A stretch of 64,000 nt of DNA from an uncultured Methanosarcinales archaeon (GTDB lineage Archaea > Halobacteriota > Methanosarcinia > Methanotrichales > Methanotrichaceae). Under the pieces are notes generated by a model. It had not been told where the DNA came from. It did no database searches and saw only the letters and a list, made by a program, of their open reading frames with translations. Numbering within the stretch: the stretch's first letter is position 1; every line of letters starts with the position of its first letter. The stretch is taken from positions 128,001 to 192,000 of the forward strand of contig CAWJKV010000002.1 of NCBI GenBank assembly GCA_963843555.1. The letters are read 5' to 3'. A program made the position numbers and the translations under genes. Below, piece by piece: positions 20,841 to 34,908 of the stretch.

Positions 20841-22169
20841 TTGATCAAATGGGTTGGGTCGTTCATGAGCATAGTTTTGCTCACCACATTTTTGGTATTT
20901 GCACAGCCAGAAGATTATGCGATGATTATATCCGAAAATGATGACGGCGAAGTTGTAGCCTATGCAAATATAGTGACCCAAACGGACACACAAACCATTG
21001 AAAATGTAAAAATAGGCATGTCAGGTGTCGACGGAGAACGTGTCGGAAATGGCAACGAAGGCCTCTCTGCCGGCATAATATCAACCCCTAATCAAGGGAA
21101 TCCCCTGGGGAATCCGATAATAGTAGCGCCTTTTAATCGAATCGACCTACCAGGAAATGAGATAATAGTAACCGGTCTTAATCTAAGGAACCTCCCGGGA
21201 AATGGGATAATGATTGCCGATACAAACGTCAGTATGGTTCTGAAAGATATCATTGTTGAGAGCCGGGGAGGGGGAGTGAGGGATCAATCCTCTCTGCCTG
21301 TAGGAATAGGCATGCAAAATGCGAAGAACGTGAGAGTCGAAAACTGCACTGCTCTGGGCAGCGCGCTTTTCCGCATAGCCAATTCTCAAAACATCCAGGC
21401 CAAGAACAATACAGTAAGAAATTTCTTCTTTGAAGGAGTTAAAGATGGCATGATCGAAAACTGCACATCAGACTGTATCATGATCAAAGGAATGCTGTCT
21501 CCGTTCTATTTCAATAAATTGAAAGATTTCCATAATGATACTTTTTCAAGCCTGCCCAGGGATACAATGGTGGGTTCTCAGCGTTGCACTATCAAGGACT
21601 GCAACCGGTTGAAAGAGATCGACCTGTTTGATGCCGAAGATTGCAGCATAGAGAATTGCAGTGTTGAAAACGTTGGCCTTTGGATGATGAACGCCAAGAA
21701 CGTCACCTTCCGTGATAGTACTGTTACAAATGCCACTCTATCAATGGATTGGTCCAAAAAGATAAACTTTGAAAACGTAACTCTGGTCAATTCAGACATA
21801 TCTCTGGGAGGATCGGTACCTGAAGATTATGCTATAACATTGCGAAATAGCACTGTAGACGGGAAGCCAATATATTACTACGAGAACCAGGCAGACCTGA
21901 AACTGGAAAATCTTGATGCAGGACACATATGGCTGGTAAATTGCCCCGGATCCGAAGTCAATAGCGTGAATGCACTAGGAATCTTTGTGATAAACTCCGA
22001 TGGTGTGGCAATAAGAAACTCACAGGTAGAGGGTGATGGGGTAAATCTGGCATTCTCAAAGAACTGTGTGATCAACAATAACAGATTGACAGATAAAAAC
22101 TCCAAGAACGGAATTCTCCAATACGCGGTATGCAATAATAATACCGGGAGTTCCAATGTACTAATCTGA
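20841..22169 (+). CDS. Secreted right-handed beta-helix (NosD/CASH-like) protein
   Basis: Signal peptide, parallel beta-helix repeats and VDGKPIYYY motif. Confidence 0.75.
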   Translation: MIKWVGSFMSIVLLTTFLVFAQPEDYAMIISENDDGEVVAYANIVTQTDTQTIENVKIGMSGVDGERVGNGNEGLSAGIISTPNQGNPLGNPIIVAPFNRIDLPGNEIIVTGLNLRNLPGNGIMIADTNVSMVLKDIIVESRGGGVRDQSSLPVGIGMQNAKNVRVENCTALGSALFRIANSQNIQAKNNTVRNFFFEGVKDGMIENCTSDCIMIKGMLSPFYFNKLKDFHNDTFSSLPRDTMVGSQRCTIKDCNRLKEIDLFDAEDCSIENCSVENVGLWMMNAKNVTFRDSTVTNATLSMDWSKKINFENVTLVNSDISLGGSVPEDYAITLRNSTVDGKPIYYYENQADLKLENLDAGHIWLVNCPGSEVNSVNALGIFVINSDGVAIRNSQVEGDGVNLAFSKNCVINNNRLTDKNSKNGILQYAVCNNNTGSSNVLI

Positions 22170-22465
22170 GATAGGAGGACATAGGCAGTTCAAAGATAGG
22201 CAGTTCGAAGAGGAGGCAACCGAGAGGAAGGATAAAGAGCCTTCCCAGCCAATAAGAGAGGTTAGTGCCAATATAGCCCCAGAAGGTATCTCAAAAGATC
22301 AGTCTCTTCTTTTTATTCACGATTGTCGATATGCTCCCTAACCATTGGAAGGGAAGCGCGGCCAATCATGGATGTGATTTCAAAGAGAAATGCAGAGCAT
22401 CCTCCATCACAGCCCACGGTTATCTTTAAGTCAAATAACGAATTTACATATTGCGGGTGAGGTAT

Positions 22466-23113
22466 ATGATTAAGATATTCGGTTTTCTGGCTATGCTTCT
22501 TATTCTGGTATTGCCATGCAGTGGGCAAGATTATCTGGAGGGCGGATATGCGGGCAGCTATACCGGTGACATGGCGCAGTATTTCTCGGATCCCATCTTC
22601 GGATCGCCAAGCGGCAGCTATGTATCACCAGATCCGGCAGTCAGAGGGATGCAGGAATCCCTGGACCGACCAATAGCGTCCGTCGGATCGAGTGTCCCCA
22701 GATTTACATATGCTTCCAAATCAAATGGAATATCAACCGGATCGCCTGTCCGCAGATCTCCAACTGGCAAATCTACCGGCATGACTGTCGCAACGCCGCC
22801 GCCGGTAGGAGCAGCCGGTCGCTGGAGCATGCAACTTTCTGATGGCAGATCTGTATATTTGGAGCTGTATCAATCAGGTGCTAGATTATTCGGTCGCGGG
22901 AGCATTACTCTTGGCAAGACAACCCAAGGGGCGCTGGCAAGCGGGTCTGTCAGCGGCAACAAAATGATATTGGATCTAATTCCCGAGAGCGGCACTGAGC
23001 TTTATTCAATGTCCCCGGACATGAGCAGATTGGACCTGGCGTCAAAATATACCGTTTATAAATACGGAGCTCAACCCGGATATGGGACGGTCAAAGCGAG
23101 CAAACTTCCTTAA
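22466..23113 (+). CDS. Secreted hypothetical protein
   Basis: Signal peptide followed by QDYLEGGY...QYFSDPIF; C-terminal beta-rich domain. Confidence 0.7.
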   Translation: MIKIFGFLAMLLILVLPCSGQDYLEGGYAGSYTGDMAQYFSDPIFGSPSGSYVSPDPAVRGMQESLDRPIASVGSSVPRFTYASKSNGISTGSPVRRSPTGKSTGMTVATPPPVGAAGRWSMQLSDGRSVYLELYQSGARLFGRGSITLGKTTQGALASGSVSGNKMILDLIPESGTELYSMSPDMSRLDLASKYTVYKYGAQPGYGTVKASKLP

Positions 23114-23249
23114 ACCGGAGGAAGAAACAAGCCATTGATTTAAATGCGGGGCTGTAAATCAATCAGTGGAACGACCCGATTAATTTTTAATATATACCCT
23201 GCTGCCTGCAACTTGGAATAAAAATTTACTTGTATTGCAGTTGCCTTAT

Positions 23250-24206
23250 CTAAATCCTCGCCTTCTGCTGCCGGACAAAGTGATCCCAGTTCCAGGGCTC
23301 GTCAAGAACCTTCACCTCAACCTGGCGGATGCCATGCAGACCTTCCACGCGGCGCTTGACCTGTTCGGTGAGATGGCTTACCATGGGGCAAACCTGGGAG
23401 GTAAGCACCATGTCCACCTCCACCGTATCGTCACCACGTATGATTATTTCTTTGGTAAGGCCCAGGTCCACGATATCGATGCCCACCTCGGGATCGAGCA
23501 CGTCCCGCAAAGCCTCCCGGATCTCCTCTTCTCGCTCCATCTGGGCCATAAGCTCTACTGCCTCCGGTCCCGGCAGAGCTTTTTGTATAGAGCGCAGCCG
23601 CTCTTCCAGCCGGTTCTGCCGGTCGAGCAACCTGCTGACCACGCGCAGCATGGGATCGGGCAGATTGGCATAGTTCAGGTCCGTGCCGGTGGCTGGGCAT
23701 TCTGGCTCGGCAATTCTTCCCGGCACACCGACAACCGTTGCTCCCGCAGGGACCGGCCGAACCACCACTGAGCCCGCGCCGATCTTTGCACCTTTTCCCA
23801 CAGTTATCGGTCCAAGGATTATGGAGCCTGCGCCTATGACCACCCGGTCCTCGATGGTGGGATGGCGCTTCACTTTATCCAGGCTTGTCCCGCCCAGGAC
23901 TGTGCCCATATACATCAGCACGTCATCTCCCACCTCGGCCGTCTCGCCGATAACCACGCCCATGCCATGATCGATGAAGAAGCGCTTGCCGATCTTTGCT
24001 CCGGGGTGAATCTCTACACCTGTCAGGAAGCGAGCGATGTGGGAGCTGAGCCTGGCGAAAAAAAAGAACTTATGAACCCAGAGGGAGTGAGAGATCCGGT
24101 GCATCCAGATGGCATGCAGGCCCGGATAGCAGGTGATTACCTCTAAAGTCGTTTTGGCTGCTGGGTCTTTGGCAAAGACGGTCTGGATGTCCTCTCTGAT
24201 GCTCAT
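23250..24206 (-). CDS. cysE: Serine O-acetyltransferase fused to a C-terminal DUF59 (SufT/MIP18-like) domain
   Basis: [35 protein letters not shown]; tail [19 protein letters not shown]...LTSQVCP...PWNWD. Confidence 0.93.
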   Translation of the reverse strand: MSIREDIQTVFAKDPAAKTTLEVITCYPGLHAIWMHRISHSLWVHKFFFFARLSSHIARFLTGVEIHPGAKIGKRFFIDHGMGVVIGETAEVGDDVLMYMGTVLGGTSLDKVKRHPTIEDRVVIGAGSIILGPITVGKGAKIGAGSVVVRPVPAGATVVGVPGRIAEPECPATGTDLNYANLPDPMLRVVSRLLDRQNRLEERLRSIQKALPGPEAVELMAQMEREEEIREALRDVLDPEVGIDIVDLGLTKEIIIRGDDTVEVDMVLTSQVCPMVSHLTEQVKRRVEGLHGIRQVEVKVLDEPWNWDHFVRQQKARI

Positions 24207-24221
24207 CTTCCGGCCTCACCT

Positions 24222-25151
24222 CTAAATCTCGAAGAGCTCTGTGCTCAGGTAGCGCTCTCCGGTATCCGGCAATATTACCACTATCAGTTTGCCTTTGTTT
24301 TCCGGCCTCGACGCAACTTTCAGAGCAGCCCAGGCAGCAGCTCCGCAGGATATTCCTACCACTAATCCTTCCTCTTTGGCCAGTCTGCGGGCAGTGGCGA
24401 AGGCATCTTCATTTGTTACCGGGATGATCTCATCAATCAGGTCAAGCCTCAGGACATCGGGGATAAAGCCGGCGCCTATTCCCTGAATCTTATGGGGCCC
24501 GGGCTTTCCGCCTTCCAGCACAGGAGACGCGGCAGGCTCGACGGCAATGGCAATGAAATCGCTCTTGCGGGACTTTATTACATCGGCAATGCCCGTGATC
24601 GTTCCGCCCGTGCCCACACCGGCAACCACAATATTGACCTTGCCGTCCGTATCACGCCATATCTCCTCGGCAGTAGTCCTCCTATGGATCTCTGGATTGG
24701 CAGGGTTCCTGAACTGCTGGGGGATGTAATAATAGCTGGGGTTCTTGGTCAGCATATCCTCTGCGGTTGCGATCGCCCCTTTCATTCCCAAGGGTCCGGG
24801 AGTTAGCACCAGGTCCGCACCCAGGGCTTTGAGAAGCTTGCGCCGTTCGATCGACATCGTCTCAGGCATAACCAGCACCAGCTTGTACCCTCGGGCGGCG
24901 CAGACGAAGGCCAGAGCAATGCCAGTATTTCCACTCGTCGGCTCCAGAATGATGGTGTCATCTTTAATATGCCCTGCCTTCTCTGCAGCCTCAATCATGG
25001 CAACTCCTATTCGGTCCTTAACGCTTCCCAGGGGGTTGAAGTACTCAACCTTGGCAACGACAGTTGCATTCAGGCCATTTGTGACTCTATTCAGTCTGAC
25101 CAGGGGCGTATTGCCAACGGTCTTGGTGAGATCTTCGTAGATCTTTCCCAT
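24222..25151 (-). CDS. cysK: Cysteine synthase A
   Basis: [17 protein letters not shown] (PLP Lys), [32 protein letters not shown]. Confidence 0.96.
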   Translation of the reverse strand: MGKIYEDLTKTVGNTPLVRLNRVTNGLNATVVAKVEYFNPLGSVKDRIGVAMIEAAEKAGHIKDDTIILEPTSGNTGIALAFVCAARGYKLVLVMPETMSIERRKLLKALGADLVLTPGPLGMKGAIATAEDMLTKNPSYYYIPQQFRNPANPEIHRRTTAEEIWRDTDGKVNIVVAGVGTGGTITGIADVIKSRKSDFIAIAVEPAASPVLEGGKPGPHKIQGIGAGFIPDVLRLDLIDEIIPVTNEDAFATARRLAKEEGLVVGISCGAAAWAALKVASRPENKGKLIVVILPDTGERYLSTELFEI

Positions 25152-25273
25152 ATGTCAACCTCTCCTTTTCATGAAGTCTTGCTCTTTTGGTCACTTTCCA
25201 TTAGCCTTTTCGGGAAGATAAAGGTCCTTATAGCGGCAATTCCGAAATATCAATTCAAAATTCAAGTCCTTAT

Positions 25274-25287
25274 TTCACAATCGTTAA
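25274..25287 (-). promoter_or_regulatory. Candidate operator downstream of the cysK TATA box
   Basis: TTAACGATTGTGAA on the gene strand, ~12 bp downstream of CTTTATA (25300-25306). Similar motifs at 26631 and 31277. Confidence 0.4.
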
Positions 25288-25499
25288 TTCATTAAAGAAT
25301 ATAAAGTTTGCCAATTGATATCCATTGCCCCCTACCGAAGTGCGCCAGAGTCTATGGCAAGAACTATGTGGTTATTCTGTCAGAGGTATGAACTCGCATC
25401 ATTGGATTGTGGCTGTGGAAACTTTGGTTGGCTGCATTCAAAAACTGGGCTCTTCGCTATATTGTGTGGGTAAGGAATGCTTTGTTTGTCTATGCGCAA

Positions 25500-25579
25500 C
25501 TCTGCGACTCTGCGGTTTTACTCCGCTACCATCAGTCATAACCAGTGTCTAACGATCATTTAACCGCGGAGGCGCAGAG
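25500..25579. repeat. 18-bp inverted repeat pair (REP/MITE-like hairpin)
   Basis: CTCTGCGACTCTGCGGTT (25500-25517) and AACCGCGGAGGCGCAGAG (25562-25579) are complementary with 2 mismatches. Confidence 0.75.
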
Positions 25580-25699
25580 CACACAGAGGAACTACGGAAA
25601 AATTGTTGGATTCCTGCCCCAGGCGCATGAACCCACAGAAAACAGCGATGAGCCAAAAACTGGGCCCAGGAATGCCCTGTTCAGATCCCAGCTCCATTG

Positions 25700-26044
25700 G
25701 CTCAAGCCCGCGGCCAGTACATGATGATTATTACTCCCATCAATGCGATGAGGCCGCCTATCAAAGTCAAGCCTATCCGGTGCTACTCTGTCAATCTGCC
25801 AGCCCCAGAGAATTGATAAGATTATGAACATGCCGCCGTAGGCTGCATAAACCCGGCCGAAGCTTGCGGGCTGGAAGGTTGGTATGATCCCGTAGAGAAC
25901 CAGAATTGCCGCTCCGAGCAGGGCAAATGCCAGTCCTCTCCCTTCTCTTATGTAAAGCCATATCAGGTATCCTCCGCCGATCTCGCACAATCCGGCGAGG
26001 AGGAATAAGAACAGGGATCTGGCGACTTCCATTATTTGCAGCAT
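25700..26044 (-). CDS. YnfA family small membrane protein; frameshift near 25765, 3' end approximate
   Basis: [31 protein letters not shown]; the last TM helix continues in another frame. Confidence 0.8.
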
Positions 26045-26079
26045 AAGCGACCTCCGTTAGGTACTAATGATATATAATG

Positions 26080-26461
26080 AATGGCAAAGGTGAATCAGTT
26101 GTTGCCTCCGGCGAAGTGTTGCCTAATCATGCTTGCTGCCGCCTGTTGGTCAGTGGAGAGGTGATCGGAGAGAATCCAGATCTGGTCGAAGCAGATAATA
26201 CGGATTCACAGCAACGCTACCAAGTACATTAACGAGCATCCCGATGAGGCTGCAGAGATCTATGCCAAGAAAACAGGTCAGGATATAGATCAGGTAAAGG
26301 AATCCCTGCATACCTGGGACGGCAAGTGGATAAGCGATCCTCATGCAGAAATACCCTCCACACCGGCATATGTTGCAGAAAACTTTGAGCTAAAAAATAT
26401 AAAAAAGAATCTGACTGAGCAGGATCTCTTCGATACCAGCTTCTACGATAGCCTGGCATGA
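26080..26461 (+). pseudogene. 3' remnant of an ABC transporter substrate-binding protein (SsuA/NMT1-like)
   Basis: Manual translation: GEVLPNHACCRLLVSG...IHSNATKYINEHPDEAAEIYAKKTG...WISDP...DLFDTSFYDSLA*. No N-terminus; contains indels. Confidence 0.65.
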
Positions 26462-26630
26462 AATGAGTCATACCTGAAGAGACATTCTTGAGCAAGCGAG
26501 AGGGAGATCGTCTTGATCGAGGCCATTTTTGCCTCAATGTCAAAACTTGTATAGCGAGGCAATGATCACTTTTATCCTTGAATGAACAGATTATCTCAGA
26601 TCTGACATCTGACAAAAAGCCTTAAATATG

Positions 26631-26644
26631 ATAACAATTGTGAA
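26631..26644 (+). promoter_or_regulatory. Candidate operator immediately downstream of the metY TATA box
   Basis: ATAACAATTGTGAA right after BRE/TATA CAAAAAGCCTTAAATA. Confidence 0.45.
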
Positions 26645-26700
26645 TGAAGACTTCACTAAATGGATTATGGCCAGTATGCAGGCGAATGTCATTGAGATAG

Positions 26701-29518
<2,818 letters not shown>

Positions 29519-29669
29519 TGGTCGCACCCTCTGACTTAGAAATTATTTTTGAGGGTAAGATGATCATACACGTTAGGGTGTTTGATGAGTCTGACAAGGT
29601 CCGAGAGTATGTTGTCCTCATGAAGAACAGAAAAGATATTGAGTCAATCAGTGGGCAGGAGGCAATACT

Positions 29670-29913
29670 TTCAGAGGGCGATGAAGTGGTTAGGCGAGAA
29701 GAGCAATCTCAAAATATTCTGCTAAAAAGGACAAGATACCTCTGGCTAAAGAATCCCGAAAACCTCACGATCAGGCAAAATGAGACGTTCAGATCTCTGA
29801 AAGATCTTAGACTCAAGACATTAAGAGCCTGTAACATCAAACTGGCCCTTCGCGATTTCCGGAATCAAGATCCACATTCAGGCAGAAAACTCGAATTCAA
29901 TTTACCCACGTGA
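29670..29913 (+). mobile_element. ISL3-family transposase fragment
   Basis: DEVVRREEQ...LLKRTRYLWLKNPENLT.RQ...LKTLRA..IK..LRDF, typical of the ISL3 central region. No IRs recognised. Confidence 0.7.
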
Positions 29914-29952
29914 AACAGCGAAGAGCCTTTATCTGCAAATCCCTATTACAAA

Positions 29953-30579
29953 TTACAGGCCCTGAGACCAGGGATCGTTTGAGCTGAAAACCGGTGGCAA
30001 AGCCATGCCGTTTGGTCCCGCACTTGTTCCCGCGTATGGTCCTGAATATGCTCCTCCATTTATATCCGGGCTTGTTCCTAATGGCGGTGAAAAGGTAGCA
30101 TAGAATGGGACACCGGTTTCAGGATCGAAATAGACATAAACCGGCTTTTTGCTCTTAGAATCTGTGGAGACATAATAATATTGGCCGGTGTATGGATCTA
30201 CATAAGCTTTTACCGGTGCACCAGTATCCGGATCTGTATAAGAGTAAGCCGGAGAGCTGCCATACGAGTCCATTAGAATATCACCCAGCCAGTTGTCAAC
30301 AACATTGAGCTTTTTCATTGAATATTTGGGATCGCCTGCCAGGCTGCCATCGAGAATGGTAGTTCCCTTGGGCGAGCTCCCCCAGCTCCACAGCCCGCTT
30401 TTATTGCTCGCCGCAGCCGGCTCTGAATCTGTGGTTCTAAGAGTACCAATCAGGTTTTTTCCGTAGTCGTCACCCACACTCTGGAAACGGCTCGAGCTTT
30501 GGGCAGAACTGCCTTCAGCCATCAGGCATGCTACTAACAATGCCACCGCTACTAATGCAATCTTCATTCTGAACCCCAC
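29953..30579 (-). CDS. Secreted hypothetical protein
   Basis: Signal peptide, LWSWGSSPKG motif and Y-x-D-P repeats. Confidence 0.7.
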   Translation of the reverse strand: MGFRMKIALVAVALLVACLMAEGSSAQSSSRFQSVGDDYGKNLIGTLRTTDSEPAAASNKSGLWSWGSSPKGTTILDGSLAGDPKYSMKKLNVVDNWLGDILMDSYGSSPAYSYTDPDTGAPVKAYVDPYTGQYYYVSTDSKSKKPVYVYFDPETGVPFYATFSPPLGTSPDINGGAYSGPYAGTSAGPNGMALPPVFSSNDPWSQGL

Positions 30580-30635
30580 TGGGATAAAACCGATGGCGTG
30601 TGATAAAAGGCTTTCCCGGGAAATAGCTTTTTGAA

Positions 30636-31163
30636 CTATTCAATCTTTCTGGCCGCAACCTCAATGGCCCGGATGACGCTGTCTCTGGGAATTATGGTGG
30701 CCACGGGAATGGAGAGCAGCTTCTCCACGGTAGGGCTGACGATGGGGGCGCAGACCAGGGCCGATGCTCCGTCTCGCTCCGCTCTTACGGCAGCGATGAT
30801 GGCCTCCTCGATGGTGGTGGCCGAATACTCCCGCAGGGTTAGCATCTTGTCTCCAATCTTCATCTTCTTCTCGCTGATCTTGTCCAGAACAGGCCGGGCG
30901 GCGATGATGGCGATGAAGTTTCCCTCCGAGCCTTCCAGCTGGCGAATCGTCTTTACAATCTGGCGCAGCGTGGTGATATTTGGCTCTCTGTGGCCGGAGA
31001 GGATCTTGTAGAGAGTGCTTTGCGGAATTGCCGAGACCTTGGAAAACTCCCGCGCGGAAAGCCCCAGCTCCCTGAAGACCTCTTTCAAGGTTTCCCGCAG
31101 TCTCTCGTCCGACTGGAAGGCGGCCCTCATCACCCTCTCCACATTTGGCATACTATTGGACAA
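30636..31163 (-). CDS. XRE-family HTH transcriptional regulator
   Basis: LGLSAREFSKVSAIPQSTLYKILSG.REPNITTL helix-turn-helix, with C-terminal ALVCAPIVS. Divergent from cysteate synthase. Confidence 0.85.
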   Translation of the reverse strand: MSNSMPNVERVMRAAFQSDERLRETLKEVFRELGLSAREFSKVSAIPQSTLYKILSGHREPNITTLRQIVKTIRQLEGSEGNFIAIIAARPVLDKISEKKMKIGDKMLTLREYSATTIEEAIIAAVRAERDGASALVCAPIVSPTVEKLLSIPVATIIPRDSVIRAIEVAARKIE

Positions 31164-31276
31164 TGTATCTCAAATATTTCTACTTTTGGGTTGAAAGACG
31201 AGCTTCTCTCAGGCAAAGCATTAATATCCAGTATGGCTCTACATTTAGGCCAATGGTATTTTTCCTGAAATCTATT

Positions 31277-31305
31277 TTCACAATTAGGACAAAATTTGTC
31301 CCTAA
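31277..31305. promoter_or_regulatory. Palindromic site(s) in the divergent promoter
   Basis: TTCACAATTAGGAC overlaps the perfect palindrome GGACAAA-A-TTTGTCC (31287-31301). Confidence 0.5.
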
Positions 31306-31345
31306 ATAGAAAACATTATATTCTCCATTTGGAGAAGTTGCCTCT

Positions 31346-32574
31346 ATGGGCGAATATCTGCTTCGATGTGTGAGCGACAGATCAGTGCAGCCTGCCTATT
31401 CTCTCGGCTGCCCCCATGACAATTCGCTTCTGCGCGCCGATTACCTGGCCAGGCAGATAGAGCCAAAGAGACCTGCCCGGCATCTGGCGCTTCCTGGACT
31501 GGCTTCCCGTGCAGGGAATTATAGCCGAAGCAGACGGCGCGCCTGTGACCTACAAGAGCCGCGGCCTGGCAGAGGAGCTGGGCCTGGAAAACCTTTACAT
31601 CAGCTTCAACGGCTACTGGCCGGAGCGCGGCGCAAAGATGCCCACCTGCAGCTTCAAGGATCTGGAGGCCGCGCCTACCATGCAGAGGCTGCAGGAGCGC
31701 GGCGATCAGCCCACTCTGGTGGTGGCCTCGGCCGGCAACACCGCCCGCGCCTTTGCCCACGTGGCCTCTCTCACCGGCCAGCCTCTGGTTCTTTTCGTGC
31801 CGGAAAAAGCCCTGGCCAGAATGTGGACAATCGTGCCCGCAGGGCAGGCACGGTGACTCTGAGTAGCCGTGCAAGGGCGATTACTACGATGCCATTCAGA
31901 TAGCGGAAAAGGTGCAATCCCGACCCGGCTTTGCGCCAGAGGGCGGAGCGAGAAACATCGCCCGCCGGGACGGCATGGGCACAGTGATGCTCGACGCCGC
32001 CCTGACATCTGGGACGCATGCCCGAGCACTACTTCCAGGCGGTGGGAAGCGGCACGGGCGGCATATCCGCCTGGGAGGCCGCTCTTCGCCTCAGGGCAGG
32101 ACGGCCGCTTCGGCTCCTTCCTTCCCAGGCTGCATTTGGCCCAGAATCTTCCCAATGCGCCCATTTACTGTGCCTGGACGGGAAAAGAGCCGAGCCCCCA
32201 TGCAGCGATATGTTCGATGACGTTCTCTTCAACCGAAAGCCGCCCTACGCCATTCCAGGCGGCGTAAGAGACGCGCTGCAGGAAACCCGTGGCGAGGTCT
32301 ACGGCATAACAGACGCACAGGCAGCAGACGGCCAAGAAGCTCTTTGAGCAGTCTGAGGAAATCGACATTCTCAATGCTCCGGCAATAGCCGTGGCGGCGC
32401 TGGAGCAGGCGGCAAGATGCAGGCAGCATTCAACCCAAAGATATCATTCTTCTCAACATCACAGGCGGCGGCGTGGCCAGGATCAAAGAGGAGCATACCC
32501 TGCACATGCTGAAGCCGCAAATCACCGTCTCCCACTGGGAGCAAGCAGTGCAATTTCTGGAGGGCAAGAAATGA
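31346..32574 (+). CDS. Cysteate synthase (threonine synthase-like PLP enzyme, coenzyme M biosynthesis); several frameshifts
   Basis: [75 protein letters not shown]. Confidence 0.88.
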
Positions 32575-33490
32575 GCCAGGCAATCAGCCAGAGTATGAGC
32601 GAGGCCAAACTGCGATTCAGACAGCCGATGCAGTCTGATGCAGTGGATTGCCAGACAATCAATGCCAGCAGATCAATTGTGCAACAAATACGCGAGCAGA
32701 CCCGAACATGTCCAGCCAACTATGCAGCAAGCTGTCCGGCCGGGGCCCTGACATTAACGATTCAGGGCGGCGTGGACAAGGACGGCCATCCCGATGCCGT
32801 ATCCGAGATCGAGATAGCCCGGGGAGAGATAATAGGAATAGTAGGGCCCACGGGCTCCGGCAAGAGCACTCTTATCGCCGACATTGAGCAGTTTGCCCTG
32901 GGAGACACGCCCTCGGGCAGAAGGATTCTCATAAACGGTCTTGCGCCTGAGGTGGAGCAACGCAGCGATCCCAGGAAGAAGCTGGTGGCCCAGCTCTCCC
33001 AGAATATGCACTTTCTGGCGGACATGTCTGTGGGCGAGTTTCTGAGAATGCATGCCAAATCCCGGGGCAAGGATCCAGGGCTGGCAGACAAGGTCATAGC
33101 TTGGCCAACACCCTGACTGGAGAGCCGGTCAATCCCGCCTTCCAGCTCACCATTCTCAGCGGCGGCCAGTCACGGGCCCTCATGGTTGCGGACATCGCCG
33201 TCATCAGCGACTCGCCCATTGTGCTCATCGACGAGATTGAGAATGCGGGCATAAAGAAGCAGGAGGCTTTGCGCCTTCTGTCCGGCGAGGGAAAGATCGT
33301 GGTAGTGGTAACTCATGACCCCATGCTGGCCCTCATGGCCCCCCGTCGCATTGTGATGAAGAACGGAGGCATGACCAAGGTCATCAGCACCAACGAGGAT
33401 GAGCAGAGGATCTTCAAGGATATCGAGAGGGTGGACGGCTGGCTCACAGCGCTGCGGGAGACCATTCGCCAGGGCGAGGTAGTAGCTTGA
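32571..33490 (+). CDS. Soluble ABC-type ATPase (no permease); frameshift near 33100
   Basis: [39 protein letters not shown]. Confidence 0.88.
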
Positions 33491-34186
33491 AGATGGTGGT
33501 GGTGGCCGGCACGCCGGGCTCGGGCAAGACCTCAGTGCTCATGCATGCCGTGAAGGATCTGATCCGGGCGGGGCCAGACCCGGCGCTGGTCAAGATCGAC
33601 TGCATGTGGACTGAGGACGACGCCCGGTTCAAGCGGCTGAAGGTGCCCGTGGCCGTGGGCCTCTCCAAGGACATGTGCCCGGACCACTACGCCATCTACA
33701 ACTTTGACGAGATGCTGGAGTGGGCAGAAGCCCAGGGAGCGGACATCCTGCTCAATGAGACGGCCGGGCTGTGTCTGCGCTGTGCTCCTTACCCGGACAA
33801 GGCTCTGGCCATCTGCGTGATCGATGTGACCACCGGCCCCAACAGCCCTCTAAAGGTCGGGCCGCTGCTCACCACTGCCGACGCTGCGGTCATGACCAAG
33901 GGCGATCTCGTCTCCCAGGCGGAGAGGGAGGTCTTCCGGGAGCGCATTCTGGAGGCCAATCCCGGATGCCGGATCATCGAGGCCAACGGGCTATCCGGCA
34001 AGGGCTCGGCGGAGCTGGCGGAATTGATCATGAAGCTGGCCGGACATCTCCGGGGAGATGGTCTTGCGGCACAATCCGCCTCTGGCCATCTGCACCTTAT
34101 GCACGGGCGAGCTGCGCGTCTCCAAGGAGCACCACCGGGGCGTGCTGCGCCATCTGGACGGCTTCATGGAGTACACCGGCGAGTGA
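33487..34186 (+). CDS. HypB/UreG-like (G3E) GTPase; frameshift near 34035
   Basis: [35 protein letters not shown]-terminus [16 protein letters not shown] in a shifted frame. Confidence 0.85.
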
Positions 34187-34228
34187 GCAGAGAGAAGCAG
34201 GGAAAAGGCCGGAGAGGATGGAACGAGC

Positions 34229-34857
34229 ATGAAGCAGATCGAGAAGCTCTTGCCGGGCTACAACTGCGGAGAGTGCGGCCTCTCCAGCTGCCGGGAGTTC
34301 GCAGCCAAGCTGGTGGATGTGGCCGGGCTGGACAGGTGCACTATTCTCAAGCAGGAGAGATTCAAGGGTCGGGCGGAGCAGATTGCAGAGCTGTTGGCCT
34401 GCTCGGAGAAGACGGAGGAGATCATCGGCGTTCTGGACGGCCTGCAGGCGGATTTCGCCTTAGCGCCGCTGCCGGGCGAGCCCTCCTGCCGGGAGGATCT
34501 GCATCCCTTCAATCCCGAGGCGCGGCTGAAGGAGGGCGACATCTTCCGCTACCGGCCGTTGGGCTGCCCTATCACTCATTTTGCCAGAGTGCTCAAGATC
34601 CGATCAGGGGATTGTCACCGTTCATCTGGTCGGGCCGGTGCACCTGCTGCAGGGGCTGCCTGCGCCGGAGGACATCGGCATCTGCATGGTGGCTCGCCTT
34701 TGAGGGAACGGTGAGCAGGGGCAAGAGGCCGGAGGTGGGCGAGACGGTGCGCTTTCTGCCCGAGCACTGCATGATGCAGAAGGTGCATTCAGGAGTGGTG
34801 GTGCACTCGGAAGGGAACAGGGTGAGGATCGAGGGGATCGATTTGAAGGTGTGGTAA
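34229..34857 (+). CDS. Fe-S cluster domain protein (N-terminal FeS domain); frameshifts near 34600-34700
   Basis: [14 protein letters not shown]...[21 protein letters not shown]...[22 protein letters not shown]...IEGIDLKVW. Confidence 0.85.
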
Positions 34858-34908
34858 ATGGAATCGAGAATTTTGCTTCTTAACTATGCGAGAATTTGAA
34901 GAACGATA

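Noticed and set aside
22180..22210. Short tandem ATAGGCAGTTC(A/G)AAG, two copies
   Set aside because: Only two 15-bp units with no further structure; likely replication slippage.
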